DNA of 64,000 nt from Podarcis tiliguerta (lineage: Eukaryota): assembly GCA_965153285.1 (NCBI GenBank), contig OZ229110.1; one strand, given 5' to 3'. The position numbers were made by a program, and so were the translations under genes. Shown piece after piece: positions 49,967-63,056 of this stretch; position 1 is the first letter of the stretch; the number at the start of each line of letters is the position of its first letter. The notes below the pieces were generated by a model, which did no database searches, was not told the origin of the DNA, and saw only the letters and a program-made list of their open reading frames with translations.

Positions 49967-52900
49967 TAATCCGCCATTGATGGGGCAGAGTGAGGACTGT
50001 AATGAACCACCCTTTAAAGATGCTTAGAAAAACAGAAGCCCAAAGTGCTCAGTCATGTATTGCCCTTTGGAGTTTGTCCAGTCAGCAAAACAAAAACAAT
50101 AAGTGGCTTGTGTTGTTTTTGATCTTGTGACTGAACAAAGGAGATAATGTCTAGAAATTCATTTCTGGTTGTTATTATTAGTCATGAAAATATTTTTAAA
50201 TTGCCTTAACCATCCAGCTTCAAGGTAGCATACAATAAAATGACATTTCTAAACATAAAACATTATGGCACAGATAAAATGCAGCTAACAACCCAGGGCA
50301 GGGTTAAATCACAACCAACCCTCTGGAATTAAACACCCACAAAAGCCTGGGCACATTTATAGCACAAAGTGGTGCATTTAGAGTGGCTTTAGAGTACAAT
50401 GCCAATATAAAGCATTTATAGTGTCTGCTTTACAGTACAAACTGTGAATGTTTATTTTAAAATTTAGTTCTTGGGGAGGGAAGGGGATGGGGAATCCTCA
50501 TGGTTGTATAAAGAGCAGTGCAAGCACAAAAACCTGAAAAGATGCAAGTGCCACTCAATGAATATGTTCAAAAAACATCTTAAGTTAGTGGTCCCCAGTC
50601 TAACCTGTCCTGAATCTACTATGCACCAATTCCATAGGTTGGCTCCATGTTCTAGCTTCATTTGTTTAGAACACTTGTAGCTTGCTCAACCAAGTTCTCT
50701 GGGCAGTTCATTGGAGTGTAGTGAGGGGCCACATCCCTGTAGGAGTTACCACCCTTTTGTGTGTGGGTGGTGCTACTTTGGATCCATATAGAATGACTCT
50801 CACAGTGGAACCTTCAGTGTTCCAACCAAGGTGAAGTAGTTTTTCCAGGACACACCACTCCATTTCCCCTCCTGCCCAGTTTTCTATACTTAATCCAACA
50901 GTTAGCATCACACAAGGCATGTTCCATCCACATTGGGCTGTTTTTTGTGATGGGAGTCCTCACTGGGTCTTTTTTGGGGGGGATGCTTTGTACCGCTGTA
51001 ATTCTTGAGTCGTCCAAGCCTCCAGATATCCCATCTTGTGCTTGGATGGTGCTGCTGTTTTGGCTACCTAAGGACTGGTACTCAGAGAAGTGAGACTGCA
51101 ATTACTATATACAGGCTTATCAGTGACTCAGACAACTCCTTCTGAGGCTGATGGATTCTGCACAGCTGACGCCTCTCAAAAAACACTATTGTCTTAAAAA
51201 TGCCTGTGAATAGGCTGAAATGAAAGGCAGCAAGTCCCTGTCTTTTCATACAACACAGGGAATTGTTTGTTTCTAAACACAAATGCAGAACTGTTCCTTG
51301 GATCTAAGATGCAGTGAGGCAACAAACCCTTCCTGCTAAGCAACAAAATGAAATTATTGCTACCTCTAGACCTGGCAGCATAACAGAGCTATCACAGATA
51401 AAGAGGCTGCAGATTTGGATTCTACAGCCACATAGATCCAGGAAGGAAAGAACAGAAGTGTAGGGGGCTGTGTAACCCATTCAGTCTAACCCTTGTTTGA
51501 TGTAGGGAATCTAGAGCATCCCCAAGAGATGGCTGTCTAGCTTCTGCTTAAAGACATCCAGTGAGGGAGAGCCAACCACTGACAAATCGCATTCACTGTT
51601 GAGACCTTTTCTGTAATTTTCAACTGAAATCTACCCTTCCAAAACTTAAACCCATCCAATGCAGTCCTGCCCCTTGGGACAGGATACTAAGTCCTTTTGA
51701 GTCCTTAGGGACAGCCTATTCCACAAAGCAAAAATGTGTCGGTCCTGGATAGTACAACTACGCTGTGCTGTTTCTATCTCTAGAATCTATAAAACTCTGA
51801 AAGCCCTCTCCCACCTTTGCTGAATGACTATTGATCTTCCCCTCACACTTGCAGGGCATGAGCCTCTGTCATCACCACAAACTTGACTGCACTAACCAAA
51901 GGCCATGGCATCATCCAGAAACATCAACAATCACTACATATACAATATAACCACCATCAAATCCACTAAATCTATTAAAATGAGCCTCTGTCAATAGCCA
52001 GATTCTCTAGCAAACCCTCTCCAGCAACTCTTTACCACAATATTTCTTCTCTTAGATTAACATGGTCCCTCGTGACATCATTCAGGTTTTTATGAGTGAC
52101 TGGGTATTTGAGTGACTGACTATGGGGGTTCCATTCTACAGCTACATTTTGAAACACATTAACACTGATTACATTTATTCCATTGTTTTCAGGGCTTTGT
52201 TACAACAGGATATGATTAATTTCTCAGCTAGAATAAATTACAGGACTGCTTTCGACAAGAGCAGAGGTTTTTCAGTACCCTGGACAGCTCAGTTTGCAAG
52301 CTGTTCCTATTCTTCTCTGCAGGGAATATATATATAATGTCATGCTCTTGCAGGCTCATCTGCATTCCTGGAGCACAAGGCATCTAAACTTTAAAGCCAT
52401 CCAGCCTTCCTTCAGCCAGTAATAGCCACCCTGAGAAATGCTAACTTTTGCACAAGGAACATGCACATTGACAATCAATATACAGAGTGAAACATACAGG
52501 GTTTCTTCTTAAGCCAGGTACTCATACACACCACTATGATATAACATCACTAGCGGCATCTGACCACATTCTCCTGTTTATTATAGTGATTATTTATGTT
52601 GACATAGAATAAAGCAATGAAAGTGAACTGGAACTAGTTAAGATACAGTAACTTTCAGTCCATGGACTAATTGCTAGTGTCTTTCCAGCTCCCAAACATA
52701 CACCGGTGGTTAATTTCAAAAAATCTTGTGGAATTGGAGCTCAACTCTGCTTGGATATATGTGGGAACAGACTATAGATACTCAGTGGTGAGAAGGTTCT
52801 TTGAACATGCTCATTATTGCCCAGCTGATTAGGGGATTAAGCTCTGATATCAAAAGCAATGAGCTAAATTTATTTCATTTTTATGCCACTTTCCCAAGGT

Positions 52901-55900
52901 GAACTGCACTCAAAAGCAGCTCGTAACAGCAATTTTTAAAATAAATATACAAAGATAAAATGTTACAAAACATACCACTAAATTCAAACAAAGAAAAACC
53001 AAAAGGATAAATGCAATAAATTACAATGAAATCATCTAGATGATGCATAACAAGTACAGAGCAAAATAAATATTAGGAGGCAAATAAATAAATTAGAAAG
53101 CTTATCAACGCTTCAAGTTCAAACCTTGCTGCACTCCAGGGAGCCACAGCAGTCCAGCTTAAATACAGTTCAGGGGGTCAGATGTCTTCTCCACAGCCTA
53201 AATGCGTCACAACTCCCTTCCTCAATCTCCCCTCCAAAAGTGCCAGCAAAGGCAATGATGGTAAGACACAGGAGAAGGTGCTAGGTTCAAATTAAGCCCT
53301 GATAAACAATTATGGAAATCAGTAACGGCAGAAGCAGATGTGAAGATAGAGGTACAAGCAGAACAGATGAGATTTATACTCTGTTCCATTCTGCTGTGAT
53401 TTGAAATATTTCAGCCTTGACTTGCCAGCTGGTGACTTTCCTTGTGCTGGTTTCATTGTATATTTTTAAGGAAAATTTAAATGACAGAACTAATATCAAC
53501 TGGTTTCTGGGCAAGAAGCCCAAGGGAAATTTTAACTGCTTGGCAGCAAGTCTGTCCATTTTTTACTTTTTTTAATGTTAGCTCAGAAATATTTTATCAG
53601 CACGGAATAACTAACTATTGAGGGAATTGTCCTTCTCAGATTTATTATAATTACACTGTAACCTTGTGTCACACTTCTGTTCTTTTACATTTCAGAGAAT
53701 GGGCTCTGTTAATAAGGCATTATTCGTCATCTTTGAAGTATTCCAGAAGGTGATACTAAAGGAAGGGGTTGCTCATTAAGCCAGCAGCACTCCAAACTAG
53801 AAGGTGCTAAGCAACCCAAACACAGTCAAGTGTAAAGAGATCTTAATAATGGAGCTACTGGTCACCCCACACTTCTTTTTAAAAATTATAATAACAAAAA
53901 TATTATGATGTTACCATTATTGTTATGTCTTCAAATAGCTAATATTATACATTACAAACACAGACACAAAACCCGAGGGAGAATTGCCAGTGTCTGCATT
54001 TAGGGGGGGGGGGGGATACACTTCTAAAACTTTCCAGATTCCTTGCCCCTGCCCACAGACACCCACACGACAATGAGTGTAATAATATGCACTGGAGTCC
54101 TACCTCAATCAATCTATCACAATTAGGATCAACGTACCTCCAAATCCTCTTTTGGATCTTGCATACTGATCTGCATTTAGCATTCTGCTCTGGTAAAATT
54201 TCATCTGGTCACACTGAGCTTTCCTAAACAGAGTACATTAATTTTATGCAGAATATAATGATTGTGGGTTTTTAAAAAATGAATTCAATTTCATTTTATT
54301 ATTGTCGGCTTGCATTACAAGTTATGGGTTCAGAATCCAAGAGCAATCAAGGTTGTAGCTGCATCATTATTAGAATCTCAGAAATGATGTGACACCAATT
54401 GTTAGGATCAGATGATAAAACACAAACACCTCTTGTGTTTTCAAGGCTGACAAGAGAAAGTGAACACATTAATTTAAAGTAAAGGAGAAGAGAGATTGGA
54501 AGGGTAACAAACCCAAGGTTAATACTAGCAGATGGTAGAACTGCAGGGCATTTGTAGACCCTTAGAGACAACATGCATGGCAAGAGAATGACGTCCCATT
54601 GCTTTTGAGCCCAAGGCTGAACAAATCCTGCCAAGAACATCTAGGACATTTGCGACTAAAGGAACTTGGGACTTGTAATCATTCTAGATCAGTGGTTTCC
54701 AAACTAACCCAACCCCCCCACGGACCACTTGAAAATTGCTGATGGCCTTGGCAGACCACTTAATGGTTTTTCTGCCTGTTGTAGCAATTATAATGCATTG
54801 TGCTAGATACTGTACAATTTGCATTCCACAGAAGTCAAATTGTAATGCAATGAAATGTCACTGTGAGAACAGTAGGCTGGACTAGATGGGCCACTGGCTT
54901 GATCCAGCAGGCTCTTGCTGTGTTCTTAATATAAGAAATAAAAGAACCAACAAAAATACAATTAACTTGCTCTAGATACCAGATGCTTAACCCATTTTGC
55001 GTAGTTCATAGGATGAGGTGAAAAGGACACTGCCTGAAAAGAACAGGAGAGGAATGCATCCTTTTTCTTTCTTAAAGTACTTGAGCCTCTGAACAAAATC
55101 ATGAGGCCACATCCATAATAACATGACACTGAGAGCCCTCCCCTGAAAATGGGACCATTATTTCCCTGCTTCTTGGTTGCATATAGTTCTGCACAATGAA
55201 AACTCTACTGGGTAATTATTTGTGGGACTACATTGTTTTGTAAACAGATCCGCACACTCCCCCAAAAAGAAATGTGTCTATTTTTATTGGAACTTGAATG
55301 AATTTGAGAAAAAAATTATACCTTACAAATTCTGTGATTCTAAGCCAAGGGATGGCAAATGCTTTTCAGCTGCAGGGACACATTCCCTCATGGACAACCT
55401 TCAAAGAGCTGCATGTCGATGGCTGGAAGGGTCAGAGGAAAACAAACAAGTGGAGCAACAGATCGGACCCAACCTTAGCACAGTAGACCACACTGCAGCC
55501 ATGTGCAAGTCAGAGGATCTCCTGACAGGAACCCCTCAGCACCACAGTTCAGATACACATTCAAGACAGGCTAAAGCACTTGATGTGGGCCTAGTGCAGG
55601 ATGTGGCACTGGGAAGAATCTCAGGGATGAAACAGAGAGACTTGCAAGGACTTCATTTGGACCCTGGCCCTGAGGTTTCCCTACTGTAAGTTAAGGTCCA
55701 TAGCACACAGTGGTGGCATAGGGGTAGAACACATCTTTGTATGCAGAAGACCTGCGCGCAATCCCAGCATATTCCAGTAAAAGTGTATGTGCTGGGCCAG
55801 TGAACCCAGGTTATTTTTCTAGATTTTTCTTCACTTTGTCCCCTCACAATTTTAACACATCTTTTTTAGAATCTTTTCTTTCAACATACAAGTTTCTGAG

Positions 55901-55960
55901 CTTGAGAAATGGAAAAAGCTATTTGTATTCCCTTAATTTTGTGGACCACCTGGAGAGGTT

Positions 55961-56121
55961 TTTATTGCTCCCACACATTGGGGGGGGGGGGGACAGGAGT
56001 CCCACGGACAACGATTATTACATTACCATGCAATGTCAAACGGACAGTTCATTGCTCAAGGCATACGCTATCACTGTTTTATTGTAAAACCTGCTCTGCG
56101 CCCACTCAGAGTACATTTATT
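55961..56121 (-). terminator. Cluster of three candidate IGHMBP2 polyadenylation signals
   Basis: tttatt on + (AATAAA on -) at 56116-56121, 56078-56083 and 55961-55966, about 350-510 nt past the stop. Confidence 0.5.
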
Positions 56122-56470
56122 ACCTCGCCAATAAAGATAATTACTACAAACAAAAGCTGCCCACCTTTCTCCTTAACCAACGGGGCTTTATAGTTCTGAC
56201 GTGACTGAGGAAAAACACATTTTACAGTGCAAGGCGCAACTTGAGAATTGTTTGAAACCTGCAGACAGTGGGAACCTTTCTTCAGTCAGTCTCTGGCTCT
56301 CTGAGGACCATGAAGCTGAAGGACATATTCTTGATTTTGGGGGTGGGGGAAAGAAGCCAAAAGGTTTAAGAGAGTGGTGAGCTTTTTCCTCTGGAGCCTG
56401 AGCATGCTGCTTTACGAAGGTGCCTCAAGGACAGGCAGATGAGCATCTTGCCTTGACATAGCTAATCCTC

Positions 56471-56668
56471 TCATTTCTCTTTGTCTTTCTTTTTGCTCTT
56501 TCTTTGGCTTGTGAGCTCACTGAGCTTTTTGTCCAGGCGCCTCTGGAGATGAGCTCTCTTGGCAGGATCCAAGGGCTTGTCCTTTAACCCACTCCCGGCA
56601 CATAGAGAAGCTTCTTTGCTGATTCTCTGCCGGGCATATGCTTTGGCTTTCTCCCCACAGCCATGAAT
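56471..56668 (-). CDS. IGHMBP2: IGHMBP2 last coding exon, stop TGA at 56471-56473
   Basis: tctcccacag acceptor, 198 nt. Translates to [19 protein letters not shown]...[23 protein letters not shown], matching the recalled IGHMBP2 C-terminus. Confidence 0.96.
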   Translation of the reverse strand: MHGCGEKAKAYARQRISKEASLCAGSGLKDKPLDPAKRAHLQRRLDKKLSELTSQRKSKKKDKEK

Positions 56669-58601
56669 CTGTGGGAGATAAAGCCATAATATCAGCCTCA
56701 AGATGTTCCAGCACAAAATTACGACCTTAGTGAAAACTGCTTATCATAAACTTGATCATTCTTCACAGTCCATAAAAATAAACTACTTCACTTACCGGTG
56801 GGTCTTTTAACAACAAAACAAAACAATTTAAAAAATGTGAAGGTCATTTTTCCCTAAGGAGCAATTAAATAATCATTTTGGACAGATTAAGTATTTCTTC
56901 CCAAACTCTAAAAATGTAAGGAAAATCTCTACTCCATCATCCAGTCACCTTTGTCACCCTTGTTGATAAATACTAACATTTCTCTCTTATCTCCAGTCTG
57001 GAAAGAATCAGATTGAAGGAGGGAAACCAAGAACAATCAAGCCCTTGAATCATAACAAAACACATCATATCTACTGCTAATAAACTGGCAATACCACCAC
57101 CTCACCTAAGCAGCTTGAATGTCCACAGTGCTGGGTGCAAACGGTGCCTGACTGGGAAAGAAACTGCATGGAAATAGCCATATAAGCTGAAGAACAGAGT
57201 ATTAGAAATAAGTAAAACAATGCATCACATTTCCTTGTTTCTTTTGTGTTGTTGGGCCCCCTGCAGACTGGCTGTCACAAGTAATGTTTGTAAAGTTCGT
57301 AATTACCTAGCCCAGAATAGGAATTTGCCCAGTATAGCTGTTATGAAACTGAGTGAAACTTCTCCAATAATTTATTCTCTGGCTTTGAATGGAAAATAAA
57401 ATTATTCTAAGGAATATGATCAGTTATGTCAGCTGCCCCTCAACATTTCACTCAAGCCAAGCTACGGGAAAGCCCCCCCAAGGCTGGTTTGTTTGTTTTT
57501 CAACAGTTTCTACAGAACTTTGTAGTCTTTGCATTCTAAATCACAATACCTTAGATTCATGACAAAACTATTTATTAATAAACCTGTTGGATTCTTGTAG
57601 GTAGTGATTTTCACTCATCTCCAGGCCACCAATACCCCCCTCCCTCAACCTTAGGAAGCAGGTTATACTGACTGGTAAATAATCTCCCAACTTTGAGTCA
57701 TCAGCAAGGCCTGCTTCTTGGCCTAACTGCTGGAGCTAAATACACATTGTATAAAAGAAGGAGCCAGAAAGCAAATCGAGGACAAGTGGCAGTAGGCAAC
57801 ATGCAAGTCATCCATGAGATAAATTCTACAAGGCACAAAGATATAAAGGGGCATTGTGGAAGAAAATTAAGTGCAAGGAGGATGAAGAAAGTATTATGGA
57901 CCCACAAAGGGCTGCCAAAATACCAGATTTAAAAGAACACATACTACATGTATGAAAGAGAAGGGAATAGAGACATGCAATATCTCTGCATTTTAGGATT
58001 TCTAGAGACGAAGCTACCACAAGTTGAATGACTTGTAAGCACATCAGGAGAAAAGATAACTAGAGAGACAAGTATGCACATTAATGATATAAACAGGAAG
58101 GATAAACTAATGGCTGAAAAACAGCTTTGAAGGAAACTTGTTTTATTGCAGATGAGTGACAAAGTGCAAGCCTGTTGGGTTGCTGGAAAGCAAGATTTAT
58201 TAAGGTGGGAAAGCACTGAAACTATTGCTCAGAAGAATTCATTTTAACAAGGAGCTAAAACAGCTGGATTTAGTCCAAAGCTGAAAGAAAATGACAAAAC
58301 ACTCCCAAGCAGTATAAAATGGCAAGCAATTTGCAGTAAGTAAAAAGGTAGGGACTTGATGCGACTATATGGGATCAAACCCTGCAGTCCCTCTAAAATG
58401 AGTTCTATCTCATTAACTGGTCCAAAATTCAGGCTAGGATAGATTAAACCTTCAACTCTACATGAATTATACTATGACAGCTGGATAACAGTTGAACTGA
58501 TTTAACCATTTTTTAAAATTAAAAATCTCACTTTTAAGTTGACCTAACAAAATACTTTTGTGATTGCATACTAAAGGGGAATACATTCTTCTGCAATACC
58601 T

Positions 58602-58746
58602 TACTGATAGCTCAGTCAGCAGAACATGAGATTCTTAATCTCAGGGTTGTGGGTTTGAGCCCCACATTGGGCAAAAAGATACCTGCATTGCAGGGGGTTG
58701 GACTAGATGACCCTTGTGGTCCCTTCCAACTCTACGATTCTATGAA
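58602..58746 (+). mobile_element. tRNA-Lys(CTT)-derived SINE with CR1 3' tail
   Basis: tagctcagtcagcagaacatgagattCTTaatctcagggttgtgggtttgagccccacattgggc is a CpG-decayed tRNA-Lys-CTT. It is fused to cctgcattgcagggggttggactagatgaccctt...gattctatga. Confidence 0.88.
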
Positions 58747-61336
58747 TTTATTAATCCAGCCCCCGCAGATTTCCTTTTATGCATGCAGCTGCTCCACAGT
58801 GGCTAAGAGGGAAAAGAAACTGGCAATCATTTCTGCATTTGCAAGTTGTGCCCTTTCTATGCATTGGAACCAAAGGAACAGATGTGACTGTGTTCCTGTA
58901 TAGCAAGGGTGGGGAATCTGTTGCCCTCCAGATGCTGCTGGGCTACAACTCCCATCATTGGCTGGTGTCTCACAGCATCCAGACGGCCACAGCTTAGCCA
59001 CCTCTGCTTCACACTCTTGTTCAGAACCCTGTTCTCTTAATGGGACCACCAGCATGGCAGTGGGGAGGGGGGGTCCTCCTGCACAGAGGGCGCTGAAATC
59101 TGGCTTTGGTTTTTCAGGATCACATCTCCTTTGTGTAGCTCTCTACCAATACAACTCTGAAATCAGCAAACCCTGATATCAAAACTACAGAATACCAGAA
59201 AATTTGGAGTATTTTCCTACATGTTTTTTGTACTCTTATTTCCTTCATTCACAAATCCTTCGAATAAGATTTTTCTTGATTCAAGCTTGCCTTGAAACAC
59301 CAGCAAGTGTCACATGATAAGTATATCTATTTAAGACCACCACTGTTTTGCAGATTTTTTCCTTGCTGCAGCATGTGCCACAGAAAATATTGCCATATAT
59401 ACTTTTATTTTACGGTTGGAAAGAAACCCAACACAAACTGTTGGCAGAATGCCAGTAAATCCATAATCCAGTAAATCTATTTCAGGCACTATAGATCAAC
59501 ATGTCTTCAGCTAGCTACAACACTTTCTCCATGGGATTAAAACCACGTATGATCTACTGCTTCAAATAAATCAGAGGGGCATAAAGAGGACATCTGAAAG
59601 CTCATTGGAAGTCAGTATTATTTTTCCTGGCACACAGGTCTTTTTTTGTGCTACATAGAGACAGCCATTGGGCAGCTCTAACAGAATTGCAGAGTGAGAC
59701 ATTCCCACCTTCTGTGAGTCCTGGACTGCAATTCGAGTGCAACTCACTCCAATCTTTGCTACAGCTGCAGTGATGGGCAAAGGATGACGTTTTGCTTTGA
59801 CCAACACCTAGAAGGAAAGAGGCTTCTGAGGATAAAGCCTGCTGCACCCAGGTGGGCTGCTGTGCTTTCGGTATCTCTTGTACCAGTGTGACAACAGCAG
59901 CTAGGGCAAGAGAGTGAGAAAGGGCTTTGCACAACTTCTCTTACTTAAAGCTGCTCTTGGTGCATGGTATCCAATGAATCTACAGTGTGATGAAGGAGAG
60001 AGGGAGAGAAGAGAGATAAAAGGCTTATAGTTGAGCAGAACACATGGCGTGGCTGGTGTCATATGAAGATGCCTTTTAAAATCATTTGCAAGTCACTTTG
60101 AGCATCTCCTTTTTTGGAGGGGAAAAGCAGAGCACAAGTCTACCTAGTTCAGTATGGACTGACTCTCCATGGAGCAGGCTTAAGGCCTGGGCACTGCCTA
60201 GCAAGGCTACCCAAGACCTTTTAGCTGGAGATGCCAGAGATTGAACCTGGGACCTTATGCATGCAAGGGTATGTGCTGTATGCCACAGAACAGTGGCCCT
60301 CTCTAGGCTAGCACCATCAGCACCTCAGATACACACATTTTCTAGAGCATCATCCTCCCACAAGCATCTGAACAGGTTGTGGGCGGGGGGTGAATGTTAA
60401 AAGAAGAGAGGTGAATTGAGGTACATTGTGCCAAGAGGAAATGACTCAGACACTCCGGGGGAAGAAAAAAAGACTCTGAAGAATCACATTATTTCAGCAG
60501 TGACACATTGTTAAGCACAGGTCCTCTGCCCTGCAATGCTAAGTGCCTGTGTTAAAAGGCCTCGCCTCGTTATTCCAATCAAGGAGACCCATCCTTTCTA
60601 TTCTCCACACCATGAAGAACAGAGACAGGGAAGAAAGGGGGGGGCGTATTATTATTATTTTTGTTAAAGGTCTTGAGTGGGTGGGTGAGGGGAAATGCAA
60701 GTACACTGTGAACCTGACAGGAAAGAAAGCCATTCTCATATTAGAGCTTGGTGAAAGATTGGAGTGAGATTTCACAGACACACAGAGGCTCATAATAACT
60801 AAACCCATACAAAGCACCAAAGGAAGAAGAAAATGCTTCATATTCCTCCAACTGTAGGCCAAAAAAAAGCACCTCTGAATGAGTTTCTTTTTTCACTTAT
60901 AGCCCAGCAGGAGAGAACTTCCCCATTATTAGGATATATTAAGCTGGAGGCAACTCCCCCCTCCCCCCACTCATGGTTCCCTTGTGAACTGAACTGCATG
61001 TGCATATTATGCTATATGGCTTTCATAAACCTTGCTCCCCCTCATACCCTAAAAGCAGATTTTCATGTTATCTTTTTAAATTAAAAAATAAAGTAAAGAG
61101 GAATGGGAGCAATCCACCCACCAGCGGATTTGCACATGTTCAACTGGCCTTCAAAAGCTCACCTTCCTGTGCCTGGAAGCCTCCTGGAAAAATGGGAGTC
61201 TGTGAAATACTTTAAAAAACACACAAAGCCCTTTCACACTGAATGAAATTCAAGTCCTGAAGGACTGGGGGTCAAGAAACTGAGCAGATGGTGGCAATGT
61301 TTAGCTTACCTGAACCAGGCAAGGACAACAACATAC

Positions 61337-61521
61337 CTCTGGGATGTGGTGGCTGAGACAGTAGCGTTTATTGCAATGCAGGCAGAGCTGCCCCAGGGTT
61401 GTCACACTTGCTTTGCATTTGGGGAAACCACATGTGTTGTCAGCTTTGATTGCAGCAGAAATCAGAGCATCAAAATCTTCCTCTGCTGAACCTTCCACTT
61501 TGGTTTTAACAGAAGCCTTCC
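61337..61521 (-). CDS. IGHMBP2: IGHMBP2 penultimate exon: most of the AN1-type zinc finger
   Basis: tgcttttag acceptor, GAG|gtatgt donor, 185 nt. Translates to [49 protein letters not shown]. Confidence 0.96.
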
Positions 61522-61614
61522 CTAAAAGCACAAGGGTGGGGAGGAGAATCATCAGCATGCAATAAAAGGAGCTTACAGATGAGCTGAGAGTTAAGATGAG
61601 CTGAGAGTTAAGGG

Positions 61615-61790
61615 CTGTTTAGCAGTGGAACAGACTCCTACGAGGGGTGGTGGAGTCTCCTTCCTTGGGGGTTTTTAACCAGAAGTTGGATGTCCAACTG
61701 TCATGGATGCTTTAGCTTAGATTCCTGCATTGCAGGGGGTTGGACTAGATGACCCTTGGGGTACCTTCCAACTTTTAAGATTCTATTATT
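61615..61790 (+). mobile_element. CR1 LINE 3' fragment in IGHMBP2 intron
   Basis: cagtggaacagactccct..gtggtggagtctccttccttgg..gttttt and the CR1 terminus ttggactagatgaccct..ccttccaact..gattctat. Confidence 0.85.
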
Positions 61791-63056
61791 TCAACACAGT
61801 GTTTTTTCATGGGAATAAAAGGGGCACAGGTGTGTTCATCCAGTCCCCTAGTAAAGCCTGCAAAACAAGCTGATCAGCAAAAACAGAAACCCAGGGAACA
61901 ATCGCAACCTCAGATGTATGGAATGGCAGAAGGCTGTCTTCATATGCACACACATGAGAACAGATGGCTTTGTAAACCATGCAGAAGCAAGTAGTATCAC
62001 TTGGCAGGATGAAATCCCTACCCAGAATGTTCAAGCAAGATAAACTGGGCAAAGAAGAAAATATGCACACGGAGAGACTGTACTCCGCCGTGTTACACAG
62101 CACTGAGATTGATACACTAGGTGCTGATTTGCTGCTTCTAAACAGATCCAAGAGCAAGTGAATTCTCTCTGTGTGTGGAGGTTGCCACTTCTCTTCAAAG
62201 TTAGCCGTAAGAGAAAAGGAGTGTGTGCACATGTATGCATATGAAGCATACACAAACGAACGCACACACCCCATTCTCCTAAACTGGCAGATGGAGATTC
62301 TCCCTTCTACGGATCTATTTTTGAGCTGAGAAGTTCTTCCTCCTCACTGACATACTGCCTCTACAAACATGCAGATCCAGGCAATATTATCATTTCACAG
62401 TTGATTATACAGCATGGTCCAGATAAAACCCTGCCTTGGGGGAGGGGGTGGAATGGCTGCCAGCTTCACATCTTTTCTTCCTACCTGCACAACACTCAAA
62501 GCAACTGTTCCACGGAGCAAGCTAATCTGAGCCCTGGGTCATTTTTGTCTGCAAATCTCAGTTATTGCTTTCAAGGGTTGGGGTGGGCAGAGGCACATGT
62601 CATATTTCCAAAACCAAAGCCTGGCATTCTCCTGATCCCTTCAAAGGAAACCTATTGGATGAATAATCTCTGTGTCTCAGAACAATTAACTTCAACTGCA
62701 TTCCTGGTTGTTGTCAAAAGTAGTTGCTTTCAGAAGAAAAGCCTGTCACAGGCAGAGCAGAAGGGGAGAAATGGATTGTAGGCACAACATAGAAGCGGCA
62801 ATCAATTTTTAAAGCCATTCTGGGAGCAGAGGACTCCCATCGCCTGCTGCTCTGGCCTGGAATTTCCCAAAGGATGCCCGAGGGATACATACCCTGGAAT
62901 GCCTCTGCAAAGGAATTTCAATTAAAAATGGGACAAATGAAAGGGCAGCAGTGAAGTATCATCACTTTTTCCTTTTAAAAATGCAAACAGAAAAGCTCTG
63001 CAAAGGAAGGGAATTTGCTACAGAATGGCAAATCCCAAGATGGTATCATAATGTAC

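Noticed and set aside
54690-54977. hAT element with possible tctagat TSD and an internal LINE-tail fragment
   Set aside because: The left TIR is visible but there is no convincing right TIR, so boundaries cannot be supported.
55222-55689. 155-aa ORF in the intergenic region
   Set aside because: Non-ATG start and no domain. It overlaps what looks like a decayed hAT-type repeat at about 55345-55690.
58602-58673. Functional tRNA-Lys(CTT) gene
   Set aside because: Acceptor stem and T-loop are mutated (GTTTGA), CpGs have decayed, and it is fused to a CR1 tail, so it is a SINE head.
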